64,000 bases of DNA. Source: a virus. A program made the position numbers and the translations under genes. The stretch is taken from the IMG/VR virus record IMGVR_UViG_3300050194_000017, positions 25,722 to 89,721 of that record, one strand, 5' to 3'. This document shows positions 21,882-31,327 of this stretch, piece after piece. Below the pieces are notes generated by a model. That model was not told where the DNA came from, did not search any database, and saw nothing but the letters and a program-made list of their open reading frames with translations. The stretch's first letter is position 1. Each line of letters starts with the position of its first letter.

Positions 21882-23285
21882 ATGACTCTCTATGCTGCTA
21901 TTTCTACTGATCATTCTGGCTCGATGGACAACCGAACCAAGGCTGCGATGAATGACTTTAATCAAATTTTGAATTCGTTCAAGCAATCCGCGATCGATGA
22001 TCATCAAGATATTCGTTTGACACACTTGCAGTGCTCGATTGAACGAAATGGTAATAACCGTCTTGCCCAGAATGGTAAATCTGTACAATGTGTGCAAGAG
22101 TTGACATCCTACTCGTCTCCAGGTTGCTATACCCGACTGTATGATTCTGTTGATACTATCATCAATAATCTCCATCAACTTTCTTTGGGAGATCAAAATC
22201 CAAAGTTCATTGTAATGGCCATCACAGACGGCGCAGACAATGCATCTAGTGTTTCGGCAATCAAGCTTGGTCAACGAATCAAGGAACTCCAGGCTACGGA
22301 TCGTTGGACATTTGTTTTCCGTGTTCCTGTTGGTCATCGACACAGTATCGCATCAAAGCTGAACATTCCAGTTGATAACATTCAAGAATGGGAACTGAGT
22401 TCTGCTGGTATGGAAAAGAGCTCGACGCAAACCCAAACCGCTCTGCGTGGTTATACGAAGAGTGTTGCTGCTGGTGCAACGTCTACAGACAAGTTCTATG
22501 CAAACTTGGACAACGTGAGTCAGAGTACAGTGAAAGCTGCTCTTCGTGATATTTCGCAAGAAGTTATGATTCTTCCTGTTTCTGGTGCAGAAGGTATGCA
22601 AATTCGTACATTTGTTCAAAATCGTACTGGCAAGACATACAAGAAGGGAGCAGCTTTCTACCAATTGACTAAGACGGAATCAGCTGTTCAAGATTACAAG
22701 AAGATCATCATTCGAGATAAGTCATCGAATGCAATTTATGAAGGAGCGGCTGCTCGTGATTTGCTTGGTGTTCCACATAATGGTAATATCCGTCTTGCTC
22801 CAGGTAAGCATGGTAACTACGATATCTTTATCCAATCAACATCCGTAAATCGAAGCCTGGATAAGAACACTCAGGTGATCTATTGGGAAAATTTTAATGT
22901 GACGTATGTTGCTCCTATCCCTAACGTTCAGGCTTCACCGGCACAATCCCCTGCTCCTGTGAATACATGGCCATTTGCTAATCTCCGTACCAAGAACGTC
23001 CAGCCTATTGCTCCGAAGACGCCTACGAAGAAGACAACTAAGCGTGTGCGCAATCGTAACACTGTTCAGGATCAACTTCGTAAGATTTTGGTTGCCAATT
23101 CTCGTAATCATGTTACGGTCAAGAATACAACCAACACCAAGAATCTTGCAGATCACCTTGGATTCGATAAGATTGATCTGGTGAATCTTCATGGTACATT
23201 TGAATCGACATTCGGTAAGGCTGTGTCGCTGGCGAGTTGGCTGAAGGCATCGACTGTCGGTGATTTGATGAATTTCTTGAAGTAA
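21882..23285 (+). CDS. vWA-domain protein with a C-terminal degenerate ACP-like domain
   Basis: STDHSGSM, TRLYDSV, ITDGADN; Pro-rich linker; ending QDQLRKIL...LADHLGFDKIDLVNL...FESTFG...TVGDLMNFL. Confidence 0.75.
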   Translation: MTLYAAISTDHSGSMDNRTKAAMNDFNQILNSFKQSAIDDHQDIRLTHLQCSIERNGNNRLAQNGKSVQCVQELTSYSSPGCYTRLYDSVDTIINNLHQLSLGDQNPKFIVMAITDGADNASSVSAIKLGQRIKELQATDRWTFVFRVPVGHRHSIASKLNIPVDNIQEWELSSAGMEKSSTQTQTALRGYTKSVAAGATSTDKFYANLDNVSQSTVKAALRDISQEVMILPVSGAEGMQIRTFVQNRTGKTYKKGAAFYQLTKTESAVQDYKKIIIRDKSSNAIYEGAAARDLLGVPHNGNIRLAPGKHGNYDIFIQSTSVNRSLDKNTQVIYWENFNVTYVAPIPNVQASPAQSPAPVNTWPFANLRTKNVQPIAPKTPTKKTTKRVRNRNTVQDQLRKILVANSRNHVTVKNTTNTKNLADHLGFDKIDLVNLHGTFESTFGKAVSLASWLKASTVGDLMNFLK

Positions 23286-23290
23286 GAAAA

Positions 23291-23338
23291 CGATGGCTTA
23301 GAAAGTGCTTGACATAATCTAAGCCATCGTGTTAGAAT
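23291..23338 (+). promoter_or_regulatory. Promoter with its -35 box inside a 12-bp perfect hairpin (may also terminate upstream transcription)
   Basis: CGATGGCTTAGA/TCTAAGCCATCG; TTGACA at 23309 and TAGAAT at 23333. Confidence 0.65.
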
Positions 23339-23368
23339 AGTGAACAATAATAAAAACAGGGAGCAGAA

Positions 23369-24049
23369 TTGAGTACACAGTTACAACTACAAAAGATCAG
23401 GGAAGTTTTAGTTCTACAAGATAATTTCAACAAGATAGTGAATCCGAACTGGCAGACAGCAGGATATCCATTTTATCGAGCTGTTTGGCTTGAACTTGGC
23501 GAGTTTGTAGACGGCATTGGAACGTGGAAGTGGTGGAAGAAAGCTGAGAGAGGTAATCGAGAACAATGTGTCTTGGAACTTGTTGATGTTTTTCACTTTG
23601 TTCTATCTGATGCGATTATACACCGAAGAAATGAAGATGTCATCCAAGGATGTTACATTAAAGCATTGAAGGCAAAGAACACCAATGCAAAAGACAAAGA
23701 TGAATATGTATTTGAAGAAGTTGAAACATTCATTGAATTCATGTTATCGTCTGTCCGTCAAGGTTCTGGAATTCCGCTAAATTCTTTCTTTGATGTTCTG
23801 GTTTCATTTGATGTTACATTGGATGAACTACTTGAAAAGTATGTTGGTAAGAACGTTCTGAATAAATTCCGTCAAGACTTTGGTTATAAGTCTGGTGGAT
23901 ATATCAAGAAATGGGATGCCGATAACAACGAAGACAATTTTTATCTTGTGAAGTTCCGAGATGAACTAGGTGATTCGTTGACATTTGACCTTTTATACGA
24001 CAAGCTTCGGGAGAAGTATCAAGAAGTCGTACTAAGCAAGAAAGGTTGA
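23369..24049 (+). CDS. Dimeric dUTPase / gp56-type dNTP pyrophosphatase
   Basis: ELGEFVD...WKWWK...LELVDVFHF...YVGKNVLNKFRQDFGY. Confidence 0.88.
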   Translation: MSTQLQLQKIREVLVLQDNFNKIVNPNWQTAGYPFYRAVWLELGEFVDGIGTWKWWKKAERGNREQCVLELVDVFHFVLSDAIIHRRNEDVIQGCYIKALKAKNTNAKDKDEYVFEEVETFIEFMLSSVRQGSGIPLNSFFDVLVSFDVTLDELLEKYVGKNVLNKFRQDFGYKSGGYIKKWDADNNEDNFYLVKFRDELGDSLTFDLLYDKLREKYQEVVLSKKG

Positions 24050-24393
24050 ACATGACAAGAATCCATACAGATCACAATGGCGTTTATGCTAATGCAATTT
24101 CTTCTCTAGCAGATGGAACAAATGTTGAAGGACATCAATATCACATTGTAGCCGGAAAAGAAAGAGTTGATTTGAACTTCCAATTTGGAGGTGTTGCAAA
24201 CAACGGAGTAAACGGAATTACGAACGAAGCACTGCTTGCTATCTTGATTCATCGAATGCACTTCTTGAATCGACAATTCTGGTCCAGAGAAAACGAGCGA
24301 GTCATAACAAGTCTAGAAGATGCATTAGCTTTCCTGGAAGTTCGAACAGCCAGACGAATTTCTCGTGGCACTGAAGGTAAAGACGTTCTATGA
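24046..24393 (+). CDS. tad1: Tad1-family anti-defence signalling-molecule sponge
   Basis: HQYHI...FQFGG...GVNGITNEALLAILIHRM...FWSRENERVITSLEDAL..L..R..RRISRGTEG aligns with the Tad1 consensus (FQ.G...G....LL.I..DRL..F...SREN..A.T..EEAL.W...R..R). Confidence 0.7.
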   Translation: MNMTRIHTDHNGVYANAISSLADGTNVEGHQYHIVAGKERVDLNFQFGGVANNGVNGITNEALLAILIHRMHFLNRQFWSRENERVITSLEDALAFLEVRTARRISRGTEGKDVL

Positions 24394-24641
24394 CAGCAAC
24401 AGAATTGTACTTCCAAGATCAGATAGAAAACGAAAAGATTTTCTATTGGTTGCTAAAATTTGAAGAATACGAAAAAGAAGTAAAACAACTATCTATGAAG
24501 ATTTTATCGATCACGAAAGAAGACATCGATTCTTATGTTCCGGAAAATCTCGTATTTGTATACAGAGGATCGTTGGATCCATTTCCTAGATTCTATCTGA
24601 AGACAGATGTTGATGCAGGGTATTTCCGAGTTCCAAAATGA
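24390..24641 (+). CDS. Hypothetical protein
   Basis: Overlapping start/stop in the operon. Confidence 0.6.
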   Translation: MTATELYFQDQIENEKIFYWLLKFEEYEKEVKQLSMKILSITKEDIDSYVPENLVFVYRGSLDPFPRFYLKTDVDAGYFRVPK

Positions 24642-24892
24642 ACATTGACATAAAAGTTATTTCAATTGGCCCACTTCTGTGGCATCCTGTATCGATAGAT
24701 CTTTGGCGAGAAATTACGATTCAGTTTTATGACTGTTCCGTTATGATGATGAATTACAAAGATTCTCCCTTGAAAAGATCTGTAATCGAGCAAGAAATAG
24801 GACATCAAATAATGTCTCAATTATTAAATGTAAACCAAGAAAAGGAAAATAATAAAAATGAAGATCTCAGCACGCACAAAGCAAATTCTTAA
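24638..24892 (+). CDS. Hypothetical protein
   Basis: Overlapping start/stop in the operon. Confidence 0.55.
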   Translation: MNIDIKVISIGPLLWHPVSIDLWREITIQFYDCSVMMMNYKDSPLKRSVIEQEIGHQIMSQLLNVNQEKENNKNEDLSTHKANS

Positions 24893-25511
24893 GAACTTTG
24901 CATCAATTAATCAAAACGTACTTCTTTCGAAGGGTAACAAGATTCGTACAATTTCGCCATCGCGTACAGTTTACGCCGAAGCAGAAGTTGAAGAAGAATT
25001 TCCATCGGAGTTTGGTATCTATGATCTGAACGAATTCCTGGGCGTCATTAGTTTATTCACAGACCCAGATGTTCTGTTTGATGATAATGTTCTAACAGTT
25101 GTTCAAGGAAAGAATTCTGTTCGATATCTCCCAGCAGATGCATCTGTACTGATCGCACCAAAGAAAGCTCTTTCTCTGAAGGAAGAAACAACGAAGTTCG
25201 ATCTGGAACTCGAAGCTCTGGGCTCTGCTCTGAAGGCAGCAGCAGTTTTGAAGAGTCCAATCGTTACTTTCCAAGGTAATGGAACATCGATTTCTTTGAT
25301 TGCACATGATAAGACAAATGTGAACTCGAATAGCTTCTCTGTTGAAGTTGCAGACAATACGACAGAATTCGAATTCCATGTGAAGACAGAATTCCTCAGC
25401 AAGCTGCTTGCTGAAAAGTTCGAAGTGAAGATTCTTGAGAACAAGATGCTTGTATTCCAAGGCGATGCAAAGCTCTACATCATTGCAGCAGAGTCTGACT
25501 CGACTATCTAA
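24858..25511 (+). CDS. 45: Sliding clamp, T4 gp45-like
   Basis: MKISARTKQILKNFASINQ...EFGIYDLNEFLG...YIIAAESDS. Confidence 0.93.
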   Translation: MKISARTKQILKNFASINQNVLLSKGNKIRTISPSRTVYAEAEVEEEFPSEFGIYDLNEFLGVISLFTDPDVLFDDNVLTVVQGKNSVRYLPADASVLIAPKKALSLKEETTKFDLELEALGSALKAAAVLKSPIVTFQGNGTSISLIAHDKTNVNSNSFSVEVADNTTEFEFHVKTEFLSKLLAEKFEVKILENKMLVFQGDAKLYIIAAESDSTI

Positions 25512-25525
25512 AAATAATCGAAGAT

Positions 25526-25564
25526 AGACCCGTTAGATTTTAGGCGATCTAACGGGTCTTTTTG
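25526..25564 (+). terminator. Rho-independent terminator
   Basis: 13-bp stem AGACCCGTTAGAT/ATCTAACGGGTCT followed by a T-run. Confidence 0.8.
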
Positions 25565-25627
25565 CTTTGGACATACAACGACACTAAAGATAGAAAATAA
25601 TCGACGAGAGACGGTTTAAACAAGGAT

Positions 25628-28225
25628 ATGACAGTAAAAAACAACTATTCGATCTATACATCTGTATCCAGAGAAGGAAACAACATCCTTTTCATGGGAT
25701 ACAACAATGAAGGAGCACCAGTAAAGGAAAAGATTCGATTTGCACCAGAACTTTTCATCGAACGTGCAGGAGGTGAATTTCATACACTGAAAAAGACATC
25801 ATGCGTTCGTAAAGAATTTGATACGATGAATGATTGTTATGATTTTGTAAAAACTCATAAAGATGTCTATAACTTGTACGGATGTTCAGACTTTGTTCGT
25901 CAATTCACAGGACGACATTTTCGTGGAGAACTGAAGCCACGCAATGATTTGATTCAAGTCTGGTTCTTTGACATCGAGACAAAGATTGGCGGAGGAGCTA
26001 CTGGAGAAATTGACGAAGAAGGAAATGACATTCTTTCTAAAGGAGGTTTCCCGGATCCAAAATCTGCAGCAGAATCAATTTCTTTGATTACGATGTATAA
26101 TCGTTCAAAGAAACAGATCACCACATGGGGACTATATGCAATTGATGCCCCTGATGTAAATTCTAAACAAACAGAAGAACAGATCCAAGAAGACATCGAT
26201 TGGATTCGCAGCAAGAATGTCGATTATCGCATGTTCTCTGATGAAACATCCATGCTCAAAGATTTTTTGATGTTCGTGAAGACAAACCGTTTAGATATTC
26301 TTTCTGGATGGAATTCGGAATTCTTTGACGTCCCATATCTCTACAATAGATTGGTGAATCTTCTTGGAGAAGCACTAGCTGCACATCTTTCACCCTGGAA
26401 GATTGTCAATGAACATAAAAAGTTCGTAAATGATAAAGAGAAGTTGACATATGAGATTGTTGGTGTTGGTCATGTTGATTTGCTTGATCTGTATAAGAAG
26501 TTCAATCCAGGATCTAAAGAATCTTTCGCACTTGGATTCATTGCAGATGTTGAACTTGGAGTTACAAAGGTAGAACTGCCAGGGGAAGATTTCAAGGATT
26601 CTTATGAGAATTATTGGTCTACATTTGTAAAGTACAACATTGTAGACGTGCTTCTTTTGGATGATCTTGACAAGAAGAAACAGATTGTTGATCTTTGTAT
26701 GTCTATTGCATACATGGCAAAGTGTAATTACGAAGATGTCGTCTCAGCCATGCGTACATGGGAATCTCTGATTTATAATCATTTCTTGGATTTAGATATT
26801 GTTGAAGACTGGACTAAGCCTCATTCTAAGAAGTTGCCGTTGGAAGGAGCATATGTTCATGTTCCTAAGCCAGGAGCATATCGATGGGTTGTTTCTGTAG
26901 ATGCAACATCAATGTATCCTTCTATCATGATGCAGAATAATCTTTCCCCAGAAACAATCCAATACAAGATCGACTATACCGTTCAAGATGTATTGGATGG
27001 TAAGATTCCAGAATTGAAATCGAATGAAATTCTTTCATGCAATGGTCTTGTTACGCGATCTGACATCAGCGGATTTATTCCTATCTTGACGAAGCAAGTT
27101 TTCGATGGACGTAAAGAAGCGAAAAACAAGATGTTGGATCTAAAGAAAATTGTTAAGTCTATTGAAAATGCTCTAGAAAAATCTAGCACAGAATCTGATA
27201 TTTCTGCATTGAACATGAAGCAAAATGTGCTGAAGGTGTTAGGTAACAGTCTGTATGGCGTTTGCAGTTTGCAGCACTTCCGTTATTACAATCATTACAT
27301 TGCAGAAGCAATTACGTTATCTGGACAAGCGTATCTGAAGCTGACGATGAAGATCATAAACGATGTTTTGAATAAGCTATGTGGAACTGTTGGTAAGGAA
27401 TATGCTTTCTACGGTGATACAGATTCGATCTTTTTTACTGCTGATGCGATGGTCAAGAAGATGTGGTCGAACAAGACAGATGATGAAATTGTCGCTGCTC
27501 TGGAAAAGTTTGTTATGAAAGTTCTGCAACCAGAAATCAATGATAAGCTGTCTGTTTTGACTAAGAAAATGGGAGCTCCGGAAAATTACATGTTCTTCAA
27601 GTTGGAAGGTATTTCCAAGAATGCAATCTGGTTAGCTAAGAAAAGATACATTGCTGCACTTCGTTATAATGAAGGTGTCTGGTATAATCCACCAGAAATG
27701 AAGATCATGGGAATGGAAATTGTCCGATCATCTACACCGAAGTTCATCAAAGAGCAACTTCGTAAAGCTGTTCAGATTTGCATTGATGGCGAAGAATCTG
27801 ATCTTCAGAAGTTCGTATCTGTTTGTAAGTCTGATTTCATTAAGAAAGATGTAGAAGATATCAGTTTTCCTCGTGGATGTAATGGACTGGGAGTTTATTC
27901 TGATGAAAAGACAATCTATAAATCTGGAACACCAATCCACGTTCGAGCTGCTCTGATGCACAATCATATTATTCACGAAAAGAATCTATCAACAAAGATT
28001 CAAGCAATTGGCGACGGAGATAAGATTAAATTTGTTCATTTGAAGATGCCGAATCCAATTCACGAGAACATCATTGGATATACATCTAAGCTTCCTGTTG
28101 AATTTGGTCTTCACAAATACGTAGACAAGAACATGATGTTTGAAAAGGGATTTGTCGGACCTCTTGAAGGTGTACTGAAGGCGATTGGATGGACCTCAGA
28201 AGAGCAGAATACGTTGGACTTTTGA
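25628..28225 (+). CDS. 43: Family B DNA polymerase, T4 gp43-like (no intein or intron seen)
   Basis: FDIET, GWNSEFFDVPY, YNIVDV, SVDATSMYPS, KVLGNSLYG, YGDTDS, KKRY. Confidence 0.97.
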   Translation: MTVKNNYSIYTSVSREGNNILFMGYNNEGAPVKEKIRFAPELFIERAGGEFHTLKKTSCVRKEFDTMNDCYDFVKTHKDVYNLYGCSDFVRQFTGRHFRGELKPRNDLIQVWFFDIETKIGGGATGEIDEEGNDILSKGGFPDPKSAAESISLITMYNRSKKQITTWGLYAIDAPDVNSKQTEEQIQEDIDWIRSKNVDYRMFSDETSMLKDFLMFVKTNRLDILSGWNSEFFDVPYLYNRLVNLLGEALAAHLSPWKIVNEHKKFVNDKEKLTYEIVGVGHVDLLDLYKKFNPGSKESFALGFIADVELGVTKVELPGEDFKDSYENYWSTFVKYNIVDVLLLDDLDKKKQIVDLCMSIAYMAKCNYEDVVSAMRTWESLIYNHFLDLDIVEDWTKPHSKKLPLEGAYVHVPKPGAYRWVVSVDATSMYPSIMMQNNLSPETIQYKIDYTVQDVLDGKIPELKSNEILSCNGLVTRSDISGFIPILTKQVFDGRKEAKNKMLDLKKIVKSIENALEKSSTESDISALNMKQNVLKVLGNSLYGVCSLQHFRYYNHYIAEAITLSGQAYLKLTMKIINDVLNKLCGTVGKEYAFYGDTDSIFFTADAMVKKMWSNKTDDEIVAALEKFVMKVLQPEINDKLSVLTKKMGAPENYMFFKLEGISKNAIWLAKKRYIAALRYNEGVWYNPPEMKIMGMEIVRSSTPKFIKEQLRKAVQICIDGEESDLQKFVSVCKSDFIKKDVEDISFPRGCNGLGVYSDEKTIYKSGTPIHVRAALMHNHIIHEKNLSTKIQAIGDGDKIKFVHLKMPNPIHENIIGYTSKLPVEFGLHKYVDKNMMFEKGFVGPLEGVLKAIGWTSEEQNTLDF

Positions 28226-28286
28226 TATGACTTGACACCACGATCTCTTTGTCGTACAATTGAACCATTGTAATAAGGAGATCGTT

Positions 28287-28691
28287 ATGAAAATGAATCC
28301 AACTATCAAGCAACTTTGGTGCGAACATCTTCGATCTGATTGGTACGATCAGAATTTCCAACGAGATTCTGGTGGATACATTCCGCTTCGTACAGAAGAT
28401 AACAAGTGGAATGCCTTTGGTGTTCTTTGCAACATTCATGCTCAAACTTTCCCAGATGTTGCAGTAGATGAAACACGAATTGATGAATATCTTGAATACG
28501 AATATATCATTCCAAACGATGTTGCTGCATGGGCTGGCCTCAAGTCTCATGGTGTTGATGCTAAATACAAATCTGTTCTACCTATCAAAGAAACTGAAAT
28601 TTTTGGTTTCTTCTACAATTCGATCGAGTCTCTTTTCTTGAATGGCATTCCATTCTTCATGATTGCAGACATCATCGATATCAATTTTTAA
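28287..28691 (+). CDS. Hypothetical protein
   Basis: RBS AAGGAG; W..LRS..Y.Q...GVLC motif common in phage hypotheticals. Confidence 0.7.
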   Translation: MKMNPTIKQLWCEHLRSDWYDQNFQRDSGGYIPLRTEDNKWNAFGVLCNIHAQTFPDVAVDETRIDEYLEYEYIIPNDVAAWAGLKSHGVDAKYKSVLPIKETEIFGFFYNSIESLFLNGIPFFMIADIIDINF

Positions 28692-28701
28692 AAGGAAATA
28701 A

Positions 28702-29562
28702 ATGATAAAGATCTCTGAGATTTTTGGAGGAACTGGAGGATCATCTCCTACTCTGCAAGGAGAAGGCAAGTATGCTGGGGTTCCTTCTATCTTCATTCGA
28801 ACATTTGGATGCAATCATCGCTGTCCAGGATTCGGTCTTCCTGCTGGGACGACTGAGAATGAAGAAGTGAAGGAATACATCAAGAACATTCCAATTTACA
28901 AGAACATTCTTGAAATGCCAATTGCAAAGACTGGATGTGACACCTATATGGCAGTCTATCCAGAATTTAAGAACTTTGCTCCGAAGATGTCAATTGATGA
29001 AATCGTTGCAGATGTTGTTGGTCGAGTAAATCCGAATGCATACGAACGTCCTCATATCGTCATTACTGGCGGTGAACCTTTGCTTCCAGGTTGGCAGAAA
29101 GAATTCCATGATCTCATCATTCGTTTGATGGTGTCGGAGGTTGGATTTACAGATTTTACATTCGAGACAAATGCAACTCAAGTTCTTAATCATGATATGT
29201 ATGAATTTGTCAAAGAATTTACTTCTATCGGGACTAATATCCTTTTCTCGATGTCACCGAAGCTATCTTGTTCCGGAGAAAATCCAGAAGCAGCAATCAA
29301 GCCAGATGTGATCAATTCTTACTTTGAAATTGCTAGAAATTCTTATCTGAAGTTTGTTGTCGGGAATCAAGCTGATGTTGATGAAGTTTTTGACGTTCTA
29401 AAGAAAATCAACAATCGAGCAATTCCAGTTTATCTGATGCCAGTAGGTGGTGCTTCTGTTGAATTGACAGAAAAAGATGTATATGATCTTGCTAGATTGA
29501 ATGGTTTCCGTTTCAGTCCTCGTTTGCAAGTTTCCATTGCTGGAAACGGAGCAGGTGTATGA
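28702..29562 (+). CDS. queE: 7-carboxy-7-deazaguanine synthase (radical SAM)
   Basis: TLQGEG...FIRTFGCNHRC...GCDT, ITGGEP, FETNAT, SPKL, FSPRLQ. Confidence 0.88.
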   Translation: MIKISEIFGGTGGSSPTLQGEGKYAGVPSIFIRTFGCNHRCPGFGLPAGTTENEEVKEYIKNIPIYKNILEMPIAKTGCDTYMAVYPEFKNFAPKMSIDEIVADVVGRVNPNAYERPHIVITGGEPLLPGWQKEFHDLIIRLMVSEVGFTDFTFETNATQVLNHDMYEFVKEFTSIGTNILFSMSPKLSCSGENPEAAIKPDVINSYFEIARNSYLKFVVGNQADVDEVFDVLKKINNRAIPVYLMPVGGASVELTEKDVYDLARLNGFRFSPRLQVSIAGNGAGV

Positions 29563-30074
29563 TTCCAGTTGCATATAAGTACACATCAACAAAAGAATGG
29601 GTGGATGCTTTCCCATGTGCATATCGACAATGGCGAGCAGATGACAAACCAGATGGGCGTCCAGGATGTAACCGAATCCACGGCTACGCATTTTCGATCA
29701 AAGTCTACTTCGGTACAGACAATCTAGATGCACGAAACTGGTGCGTTGATTACGGATCGCTCAGAGATCTAAAGACAACGCTAGAAGATCAATTTGATCA
29801 TACACTCATTGTTGCTCAAGATGACCCGCATCTTGCTTGGTACGAAGAAGCAAATCGTCTAGGAATTGCAAAGGTCGTTGTTCTTCCAAAGCTAGGATGT
29901 GAATGTCTTGCTGATATGATCTACAAATATATTAACAGCGTTTTTATTCCTGATCAATGGGGAACAGGCGAAGCAGAACGGATCTGGTGCTATCGTGTTG
30001 AAGTCAGAGAGACTCAATCAAATATGGCTTTCCGAGAAGGTCATCGAGAATGGAAAGAGGACTTGATTGAATGA
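29559..30074 (+). CDS. queD: 6-carboxytetrahydropterin synthase
   Basis: CAYRQW...CNRIHGY...NWCVDYG...FDHTL...GCECLA...VEVRET. Confidence 0.88.
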   Translation: MIPVAYKYTSTKEWVDAFPCAYRQWRADDKPDGRPGCNRIHGYAFSIKVYFGTDNLDARNWCVDYGSLRDLKTTLEDQFDHTLIVAQDDPHLAWYEEANRLGIAKVVVLPKLGCECLADMIYKYINSVFIPDQWGTGEAERIWCYRVEVRETQSNMAFREGHREWKEDLIE

Positions 30075-30119
30075 ATTGATCATGGTATAATGCAAACAGA
30101 ATAATAAGAAAAGGAAGAC

Positions 30120-30812
30120 ATGAGTAAAAATTTGAGTCAAGCTCTTCGCGAGAAGATGCATTTAGATGGTAAGCGTTTCTGGGCTGGCGATAACATCTCA
30201 GAATACATTGATGAAAAAACCAAGAACAAGTTAATTGATGAAGCCGAGAAGGCTTTTGAAAAGGTTCTGGATTCGTTGCTGATCGATCGAGAAAATGATC
30301 CAAACAGCAAGGGAACTGCTCGTCGTTTGGCGAAGATGTACTTCAACGAGATCATGAGTGGTCGCTACGACAAAGCACCAGATGCTACTGCATTTCCAAA
30401 TGATTCTTCTGATCGTTATGATGGAATGCTTGTTGTTCGTAGCGAACTCAAGAGCATGTGTTCCCATCACCATCAACCAGTGACTGGCGTTGCTTATATT
30501 GGCATCATCGCAGCACAAAAGTTGATTGGTCTTTCGAAATATACACGCATTGCCCAATGGTGTGCTCGTCGAGGAACCCTGCAAGAAGAACTTGCAAATG
30601 ATATTCTTCGAGAAATTAGCAAAGCAACTGAAGCAAAAGATGTCGGTGTTTACATTCAGGCAGTTCATGGGTGTTGCGAAAACCGCGGTATTATGGCTCA
30701 TAGCTCTCTAACTCAAACTACTGTTCTAACTGGTTCGTTCAAGACAGATCCAGATACGAAGAAGGAATTCTTCGATAACATCAAGCTACAACAGGAGTTT
30801 GCTCCACGATGA
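30120..30812 (+). CDS. folE: GTP cyclohydrolase I
   Basis: SMCSHHHQP, IGLSKYTR, LQEEL, HGCCENRG. Confidence 0.93.
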   Translation: MSKNLSQALREKMHLDGKRFWAGDNISEYIDEKTKNKLIDEAEKAFEKVLDSLLIDRENDPNSKGTARRLAKMYFNEIMSGRYDKAPDATAFPNDSSDRYDGMLVVRSELKSMCSHHHQPVTGVAYIGIIAAQKLIGLSKYTRIAQWCARRGTLQEELANDILREISKATEAKDVGVYIQAVHGCCENRGIMAHSSLTQTTVLTGSFKTDPDTKKEFFDNIKLQQEFAPR

Positions 30813-31327
30813 AAAGAACATATGATGTGGGTGTTTCATCCGAAGTAAATATTTTCATAGGTAACGAAGTTGAATCTTCAAAAGCATATGAACTAAAAAC
30901 ATTGTTTATTGTACCAGAAAACATTGTTGATATCATAGAAGTTATCAAGAAATATGAAGATCAAGTAGAGCATATCTATTTGAATGCAAATCATACAATC
31001 ATTGAATCAGATGTTCTTGCCGGAAAGTATTACGATGTTTTGAACTATATCGAACAATCTGATAAAATCAAGCATGTAACTCTGGAAATTTTCTTCTATG
31101 AGCCAACGCATCTGGAACTTTTACATGCTTATCCAAAACTTCTATTGAATATCTCTATTCAGATTCCTCGTGTTGACAAAATTTCTAGTAGAATCGCAAT
31201 CAAGATTGATGATGTCGATTTTGATGCAACAAATGCAGGAGTATGGACATCAAGAGTAGATGATCTTCTGAATAAAAAGATGAGATTCACTCCATGGATT
31301 TCTTATACGAAGGATGAAATTCAATGA
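30809..31327 (+). CDS. Hypothetical protein within the deazaguanine cluster
   Basis: ATGA overlaps on both sides. Confidence 0.7.
   Translation: MKRTYDVGVSSEVNIFIGNEVESSKAYELKTLFIVPENIVDIIEVIKKYEDQVEHIYLNANHTIIESDVLAGKYYDVLNYIEQSDKIKHVTLEIFFYEPTHLELLHAYPKLLLNISIQIPRVDKISSRIAIKIDDVDFDATNAGVWTSRVDDLLNKKMRFTPWISYTKDEIQ

Noticed and set aside
25628-28225. Intein, intron or homing endonuclease in gp43
   Set aside because: Continuous ORF of normal length, with no intein motifs.
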